NCBI GenBank assembly: GCA_019058365.1
Contig: JAHPZE010000001.1
Coordinates: forward strand, 96,001 to 160,000
Origin: Promethearchaeota archaeon
Lineage (GTDB): Archaea > Asgardarchaeota > Lokiarchaeia > Sigyniarchaeales > SOKP01
Direction of reading: 5' to 3'
DNA: 64,000 nucleotides
The position numbers and the translations under genes are program-made. The notes beneath the pieces are model-generated. The model was given only the letters and a program-made list of their open reading frames with translations, ran no database searches and was not told the origin of the DNA. Below are positions 29,492 through 39,145 of this stretch, in pieces. Positions within the stretch are counted from its first letter, which is position 1, and each line of letters starts with the position of its first letter.

Positions 29492-30784
29492 ATGAAAACT
29501 AAATATACATTCGTATTTTTTTATATGCTGATTTTTCCTTTAAATAATTCATTGGGATTATCTTTTATAACACATTCTACCTCAGCTTTGGCACATCCTC
29601 AGCTATCAACTCCAAATTATGGTGTTTCAAATTTTAATATTTCCCAAAGTGTACAATATGAAGTAGAAATTAATTATACTTTTACTCACACCAAGCTTGA
29701 ATTTCAAACTTACAATTTCAAAGTAGCTAGATTGGATGATCGTCAACCAAATTCAACATTAACACCTTATTGCCCTCCTTATCAGGAAGTCAAGGATTTT
29801 GAAAATTCTATCAATATTACTGGATTTGGAGTTATTGAAGAAGGTTATGTGGATAAATTCAACAATACTTATGATTTATTTAATTCGACGTTATTTTATT
29901 CTCAAACAATAACACTAAACCAACAATATAATATTACTCTCAATGAAATCTATTTTAATGAAATTAATGATGAGGATATTGGAATTTATAATCCAGGTGA
30001 TAATATACATGCATTATATAATGTAACTGAAGAATATTGTGAGTGTAATAATCCAACTTTAATAGCGCTATCTAATAATATTGTAGGTATGGAAAATAAC
30101 ACTGTTGAAAAAGCAAGGAAAATTTTCAATTGGATCGTATCTAATATTGATTATCAGGTGCAAGATGAAGAAATTGGGGCTCTTGAAGCATATAATCAGA
30201 AAAGAGGAGATTGTTCAGATATTTCGGATTTGATGATTACTCTTTTACGCATTCAAAACATTCCAGCAAGAAAGGTAACTGGATTTGTTATTTCTAATAA
30301 TCCTGCATATCGTCCTACTGTTGGTGATAAATATATTTTTGATCTTAATTATAATGGATTAACTCAGACGGCATCATCTACAAATGAAATTTTAGGACAC
30401 GTATGGATGGAGTATTTTATACCTGATATAGGATGGATAGCATGTGATCCTACATGGGGACAAGGATATTTTAATCGAATAGATTTTCTTAGGTTTAGTT
30501 TCAATGTGGGTGCATGGTTTTTCTTACCTGGAGCAACACCTCCTTACAATTATATTTCTGAATTTCCTATTAATCCATCTCCTGTATGCAGCGACCATTC
30601 AGCTTATAATTGGCAATATTCAATCGAAATAACTGTTTTGGAAACTAATCTTAATCCACTGTCTGATTTTCCGATTTTTGCTACTGTAGTTATGATAGTA
30701 GGATTTTGTGCTGTAATCTCATTGATGTTCCTTTTACGAAGTAGAAGGCATAAAAAGCAACTTGAACAATACGCTCAATATTAA
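29492..30784 (+). CDS. Secreted, C-terminally membrane-anchored transglutaminase-like protein
   Basis: Signal peptide; Cys-His-Asp triad in GDCSD, HVWMEYF and DPTWG; C-terminal TM followed by RSRRHKK. Confidence 0.88.
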   Translation: MKTKYTFVFFYMLIFPLNNSLGLSFITHSTSALAHPQLSTPNYGVSNFNISQSVQYEVEINYTFTHTKLEFQTYNFKVARLDDRQPNSTLTPYCPPYQEVKDFENSINITGFGVIEEGYVDKFNNTYDLFNSTLFYSQTITLNQQYNITLNEIYFNEINDEDIGIYNPGDNIHALYNVTEEYCECNNPTLIALSNNIVGMENNTVEKARKIFNWIVSNIDYQVQDEEIGALEAYNQKRGDCSDISDLMITLLRIQNIPARKVTGFVISNNPAYRPTVGDKYIFDLNYNGLTQTASSTNEILGHVWMEYFIPDIGWIACDPTWGQGYFNRIDFLRFSFNVGAWFFLPGATPPYNYISEFPINPSPVCSDHSAYNWQYSIEITVLETNLNPLSDFPIFATVVMIVGFCAVISLMFLLRSRRHKKQLEQYAQY

Positions 30785-30800
30785 ATCTTTTTTTATTTTC

Positions 30801-32273
30801 TTAGATATATGTATGAATTAAGTCAACAAGATTTTTTGAAAAATCTGGCAAGTTTTTTTCAATTTTTTCAATTTCAGAAGACTTTTCTAAAAATAGAAGT
30901 AGATACAAATTATATTTCTCGACTGTTATTTTTTTGAAGATTACTTTTTTAGATGTATCAGTAATACCAGATGATACAATAAAATCCTGTTCTAATAATT
31001 TATATTCCTTAAAATTTTTATAAAGGGATTGAAAATGAGGTGCCGAGATTTCAAATACTCTTCCAGAAATTTCTGTTTTGGAGAAACTGGATAAGATTAT
31101 TCCATTTTCATTCAATAATAAAATAGCATCTGAATTTGTTTTTTTAGCAAATTTTTTTAGTTGATTTCTGAATAGTTCACGATTTGGACTTAATTGTGAT
31201 AAACCAAAAGAATATGCTGTAATCAGGCTCCAATGATCAAAAATACTAGTTTGGAAAATTTTAATAAAAAATCTCTCAGAATTCTCCTTAATCCCATCAG
31301 CAATAATTTCTAAGCTTTTAAAGATATCTTCAGAACCTTTTAAGTCAGGATCGAATTTGTTTATGCAAATGACGATTGGAGGAAATTCCTCTAATTCTAC
31401 TAAAGAGTTTAAAAGAGTTCTAAACAATTCAAGAGCCTCATTTATTCTATCTACATCTTGAATATCTATGAAGAAAAACATTAAATCAATATTATATAGA
31501 TAAATTTTACTTTGCTCTAGGAATTTTTCTCGATATTTTTTTTGACCCCCTAAATCCCATACTGATATCAGTGAATTTTGTTCTTCGAAAATATTTTCTT
31601 CAGTTCTCTCAACACCTTTAGTTGGCAAAGCCTTGATGATTTCAGAGTATTTTCTTCTAATGCCATGCACAAAACTAGTCTTTCCCGCCTTATCTAATCC
31701 CGTAAGTAAAATTTTTATTTGTCTTTTTGTTGAAAAGGGATCTTTTAGTTCCATAGCGAACTCGAAAAGCTCTTCTCTTAGATCTTCCATAATGTTTTCT
31801 CTTTCATTATGTTCTTTATTGATTTGAATTAAGTTTGCAGTTTTATCTATGATGATTCTCAAATATTTCATATTCTCATAAAAAAAAACTCTATCATTTT
31901 CATTTATCAAAACAGTAATAGTAGCAGCTAAAGCTTTACCACGAGCTTTTGCATCAGGAATGAGAAAAAAATAAGTTAGACCATTTAGTTTTAGATCAGG
32001 GAAAGGTAATATTCCAAAGTAATTAACACCCTCAGTAGTTTCTCCGTTTTGATATGTACTATCCCCCATAAGGAGAGAGATAGTTTTCATAGCAATTGAA
32101 AGACCTGCACTTTCATCCATATCCTTAGGCCAGTAAATTTTAGGCGTAGGACCATTCTCATCAAAAAGACTTAATACAATTGCTTTTATTATATTAGCTT
32201 TAAGATCAGACTTTTCTCCTTCAGTTGGTTTTTCTCTCTTTGATTTGGCTTCTGTTTTTGTCAAAAAATCCAC
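30801..32273 (-). CDS. uDENN/longin-like domain + Rag/Arf-like small GTPase + roadblock-like domain
   Basis: N-terminal LSLFDENGP..., FFLIPDAKARG; G1 GLDKAGKTS, G2 PTKG, G3 WDLGGQ, G4 NKFD, G5 TSIFD; C-terminal DAILLLNENGIILS. Confidence 0.85.
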   Translation of the reverse strand: MDFLTKTEAKSKREKPTEGEKSDLKANIIKAIVLSLFDENGPTPKIYWPKDMDESAGLSIAMKTISLLMGDSTYQNGETTEGVNYFGILPFPDLKLNGLTYFFLIPDAKARGKALAATITVLINENDRVFFYENMKYLRIIIDKTANLIQINKEHNERENIMEDLREELFEFAMELKDPFSTKRQIKILLTGLDKAGKTSFVHGIRRKYSEIIKALPTKGVERTEENIFEEQNSLISVWDLGGQKKYREKFLEQSKIYLYNIDLMFFFIDIQDVDRINEALELFRTLLNSLVELEEFPPIVICINKFDPDLKGSEDIFKSLEIIADGIKENSERFFIKIFQTSIFDHWSLITAYSFGLSQLSPNRELFRNQLKKFAKKTNSDAILLLNENGIILSSFSKTEISGRVFEISAPHFQSLYKNFKEYKLLEQDFIVSSGITDTSKKVIFKKITVEKYNLYLLLFLEKSSEIEKIEKNLPDFSKNLVDLIHTYI

Positions 32274-32424
32274 GTTTCTTTATTCGGAAAATCTTATTAT
32301 TTTTAAAATTAAAAATTACTTTTATTTTAAAATATTATAAAATCTTAATAATATTTCAATATAATCAAAAAAATCATTCTTATTAAATACTTTTTTTACG
32401 AAAAATCTAATCTATTTAATGTGT

Positions 32425-34194
32425 TTAAGAATAAAACTTTATACATGATAGGTTTGAATTTTTACAGAATGTTTCAATTAATTCTCTAGGTGTGAGATTA
32501 ATTTTTTTTAAATTTATTAATTCAACAGCACCATTATGAATAAATAGATGGAGATCTCCTTGAACTTTTAACATATTTAAAAAATCACCCTCAATATCAT
32601 TTCTATAATGAATGGAGTTAGTATACATATTTTTTTCTGAAAACCCTTTAACTTTCAATGGAAAGTGTTTCAAATCTAGTTTAGTAAATCTATGAATTGC
32701 TCTTCTAGAAGGATTTTCACTTAATATGTATTTTTTATTATCCCTATTGGATAATTCTGAACATATAATATTTATCTCATTTAGAATTTTCTTGCTAAGC
32801 TTGATTGCGTCTGAATGCTCATGAAGTTCATAATTTGTTAAATATTTAATTGATTCATTCAATCCAACTACACTTATTGATAAACTTTGTTCCTCAAGCT
32901 GAAACAAAGCTTCGCCGTTAATTGTGCTACTACAAATAGGTAAATGATTTGAATTCATCCTTTTTTTTATTATACTAAATTTCTTCAATAAAATACTCGA
33001 GCATAAATTTATTTTTGAAGTTAATAGTTCTAAAAATTCATCCTCATTCCTGCTAATATATGCATAACGAGGTAAGTTTAAGCTAATATTTTGAAGCATA
33101 CCATAATTAAATTGGCCAGTTTGTGATATTTTCTTAAGAAATCTATTTTTATATTCATCTAAACAGAAGTTCATAAAATAAGATGAGGTTATTGTTGCAG
33201 ATTCCTCCCAAAAACTCGGAATTATATCAACCATTTCCTCCAATAATTTATTATCCACTATCAATTGATGTGAAGGACTTAAAATAGAATTTTTACTATA
33301 TATTTCTTTTAAAATAAGGATAATGGATTTAAGTAATTTTTGAGTTCCTTCCCAATAATTTCCATAAATATTTTCAATTTTTCCTCCAGGAAGTATAGCG
33401 GGAACTTGAGCTAAAGCTTCAAAAATAGAGAATGATGAAGATATTGATAATTCAGAAACATTTCGTCCAATAATAAGCGGTAATTGATTAATATCATAGA
33501 ATAATTCTCTAAGATTTTCCATTATTGAAGCTTCTGGTAAATTATACGCATATGGTGCTAAAAAAGTAGTTATAAAATTCAAACCTTGATTACCATAAAA
33601 TTCAGTCTGTGTCATTATTAACCATTTCGATAGATGATTCAAAGCACCTCTAAGATCATTTGCTGGTTTTTGTTTAGTATTTGGTAAACCATTTTTTAAA
33701 ATAAATCGAAAATCCCAGAATTGACTAAATGGTCTTGAATCAAAGTAATTTAGTCCATTAATATGAATATCACCATATAAATGTGCTTTAGATTCTTCAC
33801 TATCTAATATTCTTAAATGCGTATATTCTTCAGCAATCTTATCAGCTGCCCAATGATGTATTTTTTCAGGATTCATCTGCTCATTTTGTCTATCACTTGG
33901 CCCTTTTTCTAGAATTTCTTCATAATCCATCAAGGGTATTCCAATTCGAGTATATAATTTACGTTCATTTTCAAAATGTTGTTCAGAAAGTATTGAACAG
34001 ACTATTTCTCTTATATGTGGGCCAGAAAGAAATTTAATTCCTGAGCTAATAATTCTTCGAACAACTAATTCAGTAATATGCTTTGCGTTTGTCTCACTCA
34101 TTTCAGTTTCTTTTAGAATACTCTCGAAAATCTTAGATGGATCAAATTCAGCAATATTTCCCTCAGTTCTAAAAACTTTTGGTAACAACTCCAT
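32425..34194 (-). CDS. ATP-cone plus class III ribonucleotide reductase (NrdD)-like protein, degenerate and C-terminally truncated
   Basis: ATP-cone (VFRTEG.IAEFDPSKI..SI..ET), AHLYGDIHI, QNISLNLPR.A, SISVVGLNE, YTNSIH. No finger-loop GCR, C-terminal CxxC pair or RxxGY glycyl-radical motif. Confidence 0.8.
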   Translation of the reverse strand: MELLPKVFRTEGNIAEFDPSKIFESILKETEMSETNAKHITELVVRRIISSGIKFLSGPHIREIVCSILSEQHFENERKLYTRIGIPLMDYEEILEKGPSDRQNEQMNPEKIHHWAADKIAEEYTHLRILDSEESKAHLYGDIHINGLNYFDSRPFSQFWDFRFILKNGLPNTKQKPANDLRGALNHLSKWLIMTQTEFYGNQGLNFITTFLAPYAYNLPEASIMENLRELFYDINQLPLIIGRNVSELSISSSFSIFEALAQVPAILPGGKIENIYGNYWEGTQKLLKSIILILKEIYSKNSILSPSHQLIVDNKLLEEMVDIIPSFWEESATITSSYFMNFCLDEYKNRFLKKISQTGQFNYGMLQNISLNLPRYAYISRNEDEFLELLTSKINLCSSILLKKFSIIKKRMNSNHLPICSSTINGEALFQLEEQSLSISVVGLNESIKYLTNYELHEHSDAIKLSKKILNEINIICSELSNRDNKKYILSENPSRRAIHRFTKLDLKHFPLKVKGFSEKNMYTNSIHYRNDIEGDFLNMLKVQGDLHLFIHNGAVELINLKKINLTPRELIETFCKNSNLSCIKFYS

Positions 34195-34438
34195 AACATA
34201 ATAAAATCTAAGAGATTATAAAAAAAAAATTATTAACTGATTAAATTCGAAAAAATTTCAAGTAACAATTAAGCATCAGTACAACAATAGTATTGTATAA
34301 GGTTATCTAATTATTGTCATCCTCTATTGTAAAGATTATTATTATACTTTAGAAATCTTAGATATCTATATCTTAGAGGATCTTCAGAATTCTCATACTC
34401 TCTCTATTTTATTTTAGATAAGTAATTTATTAAAAAGC

Positions 34439-35233
34439 ATGAATTCTTGGACTGAAGCATCATTGAGACAATTATACATGCAAATTTATCATTTCTTAAT
34501 AGAGACTGATTCAAATGTCATTGAGATTTGGTGTGAGCTTTCAGATATTCCTTTCCTACGACAATTAAATAAATCTGAGGTAAGAATTATTATTGGGAAT
34601 CTCAATTTTCTTTCTTTTAAGAAAGGTAATTATGTTCAATATATTATTATCAACAAAATTTTGTTTATTATAGAAGCGATTAATATACTCCAACTAGATA
34701 TTAGGAAAATAACTGAAATAATTAATTATGATGGCTTTGAAGCTTTAATAAAAGAAATACTTTCAAAAAACAATTATGTAACAACCAAGAATTTCAGGTT
34801 TTCAGATAAATCCTATTTTAAATCGGAAACTTCCCAAAAAAGATATGAAATTGATATAATTGGTATATTTTTCAATTATGTATTGCTTATTGATGCAAAG
34901 CAGTGGAAACATAAGGATTCATTTAGTTCTATTAATAAAGCAGCAGATTTACAATATCGTAGAGCTATTGCATTAAAAAAAAATCCTGAAATATTTTCAA
35001 TGCTTATTCAAAAATTATTAGGAAATAAATTGAATTTACGCAAGCGATTGCCATTTATATTAATTCCTATTATGGTCACCTTAGAAGAAAATAGCATAAA
35101 AATAAATAATAATCAAATTCCCCTAGTCTCAGTTTATGAATTGAATTCTTTTTTGTATGAATTACAAAATAACTTACATTATTTTAATATTATTAGTGTC
35201 AATAAAGTAAATATACAAAAAAGATTATTTTGA
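34439..35233 (+). CDS. PD-(D/E)xK nuclease, Mrr-cat/NERD-like restriction endonuclease fold
   Basis: GFEALIKEIL, YEIDIIG, LLIDAKQW. Confidence 0.75.
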   Translation: MNSWTEASLRQLYMQIYHFLIETDSNVIEIWCELSDIPFLRQLNKSEVRIIIGNLNFLSFKKGNYVQYIIINKILFIIEAINILQLDIRKITEIINYDGFEALIKEILSKNNYVTTKNFRFSDKSYFKSETSQKRYEIDIIGIFFNYVLLIDAKQWKHKDSFSSINKAADLQYRRAIALKKNPEIFSMLIQKLLGNKLNLRKRLPFILIPIMVTLEENSIKINNNQIPLVSVYELNSFLYELQNNLHYFNIISVNKVNIQKRLF

Positions 35234-35266
35234 AAACTATATTAACTTTAATTTAATAATTAAAAT

Positions 35267-36337
35267 TTATTTTATTAATCCTAAATAATCCTTTAATTGC
35301 TTTTTTACTATGCTAATTGCAAAAGCTATTATTCCACTTTTAACTTTTGGATGAGAAAACAATATTAAAAGCATATCTTTAACGCTAGGATTATTTCGAT
35401 CAATTGGAGCTAAATCCAATATACCTTCAGTTCCCCTAACTGAAATTGATTTTAATAAACCAGCATCTAATCCCTCTACTATATCAGTTCCTATCATTGA
35501 AAGATTCATACCAACTGTTGCAAAAAGAGAATCAGAAATTCTACTGGATATTGCCGATGCCAATATAGTCCCATCCGTTTTTATTATAGCTGATGCTTCT
35601 ATATTTAAATCCAATTTTAATAATTGTTTTAAAATTTCATTCATACTAGAAGGGGGTATTTTTTCCTCATGATCTTTTTTATCAAGATGTTTCTCCTTAG
35701 GAGTTCCTAATTTTTTTACTGAAATTTTTTTCGAAAGAAATCCTAATACCTCAGTCATATCTTTTTCTAATCGTTTTTGTTTTAAAACAGCTGTATCACT
35801 TTCAGTAGATTCTACAGGGATAGGAGATAATGGAACAGAGGTTTTCTTATCCTTTTTTTCCAAAACGGAATTTTTAAGCTCTAGAAAAGCATCTGAAATT
35901 GCATCTTCAGAACGAGTCGGTGGAGATGATGGAGATATAATCTCCCTGTGAGAATCTTGAATAAAACCTTTAAATGGTTGTGGAGTAATTTCTTGTAAAC
36001 CTTTTGATTCACTTTGTTCTAAGGTAGAACCATTTTCTCTTAAGGAACTACTTTCTAATTCGTTATTAGATGACGAAGGAATTTCTTGCAACTTCATTTG
36101 ATTCTCTAATATCTCAGGTTCTTTAGGAATTTCATGTAAATCTAATTTTTCTTTTTTCTTCTCAGTTTCAATTGGTGTTTTTACAGGTTTTTTTTTTTCT
36201 TTTTTCTTTCCTTTCTCAGTTTTTTGATCCGTGGGTCTAGGATGCTTTGTAGGAACGGGTAATAAAGCGCCACACATTCTACAAACGCGATTGATATTTT
36301 CATTATTGGTAGTACCACAATTCTGACATATAATCAA
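35267..36337 (-). CDS. Zinc ribbon + disordered linker + roadblock/LC7 domain protein
   Basis: N-terminal CQNC...CRMCG; P/S/E/K-rich linker; C-terminal MNEILKQL...IEASAIIKTDGTILASA roadblock pattern. Confidence 0.8.
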   Translation of the reverse strand: MIICQNCGTTNNENINRVCRMCGALLPVPTKHPRPTDQKTEKGKKKEKKKPVKTPIETEKKKEKLDLHEIPKEPEILENQMKLQEIPSSSNNELESSSLRENGSTLEQSESKGLQEITPQPFKGFIQDSHREIISPSSPPTRSEDAISDAFLELKNSVLEKKDKKTSVPLSPIPVESTESDTAVLKQKRLEKDMTEVLGFLSKKISVKKLGTPKEKHLDKKDHEEKIPPSSMNEILKQLLKLDLNIEASAIIKTDGTILASAISSRISDSLFATVGMNLSMIGTDIVEGLDAGLLKSISVRGTEGILDLAPIDRNNPSVKDMLLILFSHPKVKSGIIAFAISIVKKQLKDYLGLIK

Positions 36338-36588
36338 TAAATTATTTCCACTTCCAGATAATTTTACCTAATTTCTTCTATCCTTGTTTTTAACTAATAA
36401 GGGTATTCTTTGGATCTATTAATGAAGTTAGATTTTTTGTTTTTAATAATATAAAATATAAATAAAAATCTAATTTTATTAATGTTAGTAATTTTAAATT
36501 TAGGGTAAAACCTTTTTTTGATGTTCAGATTTTAAATTAAGGAATTAAAAAATAACATAAAAGAATGTGATATGAAGAAATGATCTAA

Positions 36589-37557
36589 TTACCTATATAA
36601 TATTTCTTTAAGTAAATTTGCGAAAGACTCGAGATCTTCTTTATGGAAAACCGGATCTTCTTTTAGGAGTATTAAATAGTATGGATCTGAATCTTTCTTT
36701 AGTGTGATTTGCTTAAATATAAAATTTTTACCAAATCTTTGAACTATCATTCTACTTTCATATCTATCTTCTGCTACACCAGTATACTGGAAGCTATCAT
36801 TGAGTGTGAGAAAATATGGCGTTGAGGCGGTGAGTAGATGCTTGGTTTCATCATCTTTATAATATGATCCGATTATAAGAGAGTTATCATCAATTATCAC
36901 AACTCCTTCTGAGTCAACTTTTTTAGCAAATTCTAAAATAGTTTTTTCGATTAATTCTGATTTTGGATATAAGCTTAAAAGGATTTCAGACATAGCAGTA
37001 ATAATAGAGCCAAAATCATAAATAGAAGTTTCATAATAATATAATTCCTTATATTCAGTGGCTCTTAATTTATCTTTTAAATCAATTATTAAAGATTCCA
37101 TTTCATTTTGTGCACTTCTTCGTAATGCGGGATCATATTTATGAAGAAACACATATATTGGGGGTTTAATTTCTAATTTTTTAAACTGCTCTAATACATC
37201 TTTAAAATAACTTATAGCTTCAGGTATTCGAGGTTTATTTTGGATGTCAATTACATAAATAGCAATTTCAGTTCCTTCGAAATATTTACCAGGATTCTTC
37301 AAATAGGCAATTCTATAACTCAATTGGCCCCCTAGGTCCCATTCTGATATTTCTTTACCAAGAAAATCAAAAATTCTTTTCTGAGCACCTCGAGTTGGAG
37401 AAAGGATTGCAATTTTTGAAAATTCTCTTTGAAGGGCAAGAATTATTGAAGTTTTACCTGCCTCGTCTAATCCTGTAAATAATATCTTAGAAATTTCAGG
37501 TTTGGGGGGTTCTTCCTTTTTTAAGTATAAAATTGATTGTTTAAGATTCTTTTCCAA
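36589..37557 (-). CDS. Rag/Gtr-like small GTPase with C-terminal roadblock-like domain
   Basis: G1 GLDEAGKTS, PTRG, WDLGGQ, Rag-type G4 HKYD and G5 TSIYD; C-terminal EGVVIIDDNSLIIGS. Start placed at TTG 37557 after AGGTGA (ORF track starts at 37569). Confidence 0.85.
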   Translation of the reverse strand: MEKNLKQSILYLKKEEPPKPEISKILFTGLDEAGKTSIILALQREFSKIAILSPTRGAQKRIFDFLGKEISEWDLGGQLSYRIAYLKNPGKYFEGTEIAIYVIDIQNKPRIPEAISYFKDVLEQFKKLEIKPPIYVFLHKYDPALRRSAQNEMESLIIDLKDKLRATEYKELYYYETSIYDFGSIITAMSEILLSLYPKSELIEKTILEFAKKVDSEGVVIIDDNSLIIGSYYKDDETKHLLTASTPYFLTLNDSFQYTGVAEDRYESRMIVQRFGKNFIFKQITLKKDSDPYYLILLKEDPVFHKEDLESFANLLKEILYR

Positions 37558-37725
37558 AGTGTATTTCACCTTTGAACTTATAAAAGTATTATAAATATAA
37601 ATATATTCTTTTTGTAAAATATTATATTAATTCATACTATTTTAGATTTTGTATTGTTTAATGTTGTTTTAAAAATATTTTGATCTTTACAATTTCTATT
37701 ATAAATAAAAGAGCGAATAAAATGA

Positions 37726-38247
37726 TTACTTATTAAGTAATTCTTTTAACTTTTCTATTGCTTCGATAGGAGTTTTCACAGAATGTATTTTATCTAATCT
37801 TCTGTCATCTAATTTTTGATTTGCTATTTTTGAAGACCATCCTTTAACACTAGACAATGCTATAATTGGTTTTTGATAAATCCAAGCAAAACATATTTCA
37901 GATAATGTACCTGCTTTGCCACTAATAGCTAAACATGCATCTCCACAGAGAATAACTACAATATTTCTTGCCTGTGAAAATGGACATGGAATAACAATAT
38001 CGATGAATTCATTTGCCATAGATTTTTCTACATAAGGTATTATTCCAATAGTTAATCCATTTTCTTCTTTTACTCCTCTGCAAACAGCTTCCATTACACC
38101 AGAAAGCCCCCCACAGGCGACAATAAATTTGTTTTGAGCAAGTAAACGTCCTATTTCAAAAGTTATTTCCTCAGTTTTTTTATCAATATCACTAGCGCCA
38201 ATTACACTTATAATACCTTTAAATTCACTTTTAATATCAACAAACAT
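37726..38247 (-). CDS. LOG/lysine decarboxylase-like family protein (TIGR00725 type)
   Basis: ISVIGAS, CGGLSGVMEA, TIGIIP, ARN, GKAGTLSEI. Confidence 0.9.
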   Translation of the reverse strand: MFVDIKSEFKGIISVIGASDIDKKTEEITFEIGRLLAQNKFIVACGGLSGVMEAVCRGVKEENGLTIGIIPYVEKSMANEFIDIVIPCPFSQARNIVVILCGDACLAISGKAGTLSEICFAWIYQKPIIALSSVKGWSSKIANQKLDDRRLDKIHSVKTPIEAIEKLKELLNK

Positions 38248-38394
38248 ATTATTTATACTCCATTTTCCTATTTTTAATAAATTTCAAATATTTTTAAAAA
38301 TTGAATTATGATTAAGCAAAAAAATAAAAATAAAATACTATTCTAGTCGATATTAATCCTATCTAATAAAACTAATTAAAAGTTGTAAATCCAA

Positions 38395-39123
38395 ATGAAT
38401 GAATTAAATAATAAAGAAGAAGCTGAGAATAATTCAGAAAACTCAGAAGAAATAGAAGAAAAAACTGAAAATACTACGAAATCAAAATTAAAAGATAAAT
38501 TAGGTGGTACCAAAGATAGCTTAGGTAAATTTGCCTCAAAACTAAAAGATAGAGTTGGAGAAAGTAAAGAAAAAGTCAAATTTAAGATGGAACAACGAAA
38601 AGAAAAGAAAGAACTTGAGAGGATAGAAAAAGAAGCTAGAGAGAAAGTAGAAAGAGAAATTAAAGAAAAAGAGGCTAAAGAAAAAGCAGAAAGAGAAGCT
38701 AAAGAGAGAGCAGCTAGAGAAAAAGCAGAAAAAGTAGCTAGAGAAAAAGCAGAAAGAGAAGCTAGAGAAAAAGCAGAAAGAGAGGCTAAAGAAAGAGCAG
38801 AAAGAGTAGTTAAAGAAAAAGAAGAAAGAGACGCTAAAGAGAGAGCAGAAAGAGAAGCTAAAGAAAAAGTAGAAAGAGAAGCTAAAGAAAAAGCAAAAAG
38901 AGAAGCTAAAGAAAGAGCAGAAAAAGAAGCTATAAAGAAAGCAGAAAGAGAAGCGAGAGAAAAAGAAGCAAAAGAAGTGGCGGAAAAATTGGCTAGATTT
39001 AAAGCAGAAAAAGAAGCTGAAAGAAAAGAGAAAAGATCAACAAAAATCATTTGTCAAACTTGTGGAGCAGTAAATGATGCAACTCGTAAATTTTGTAGCT
39101 CATGTCATTCAACGCTTATTTAA
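38395..39123 (+). CDS. E/K/R/A-rich single-alpha-helix protein with C-terminal zinc ribbon
   Basis: About 130 aa of AKEKAERE-type repeats; C-terminal CQTCG...CSSCH. Confidence 0.8.
   Translation: MNELNNKEEAENNSENSEEIEEKTENTTKSKLKDKLGGTKDSLGKFASKLKDRVGESKEKVKFKMEQRKEKKELERIEKEAREKVEREIKEKEAKEKAEREAKERAAREKAEKVAREKAEREAREKAEREAKERAERVVKEKEERDAKERAEREAKEKVEREAKEKAKREAKERAEKEAIKKAEREAREKEAKEVAEKLARFKAEKEAERKEKRSTKIICQTCGAVNDATRKFCSSCHSTLI
38626..39030 (+). repeat. Imperfect 24-nt coding tandem repeat (consensus approx. GCTAAAGAAAAAGCAGAAAGAGAA = AKEKAERE)
   Basis: More than a dozen degenerate units visible; the plus strand is strongly purine-biased here. Confidence 0.85.
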
Positions 39124-39145
39124 AATTACCCAAAGATCTTTAAAA

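Noticed and set aside
32425-34194. Annotating this gene as functional nrdD
   Set aside because: The glycyl-radical motif, Zn site and expected cysteines are missing; reported as NrdD-like instead.
34439-35233. PD-(D/E)xK nuclease as part of a restriction-modification or defence island
   Set aside because: No DNA methyltransferase, other defence gene or mobility gene nearby.
38376-39050. 224-aa antisense ORF rich in S/L/F/A
   Set aside because: Mirror image of the purine-rich AKEKAERE repeat gene; it stays open only because the repeat lacks antisense stops.
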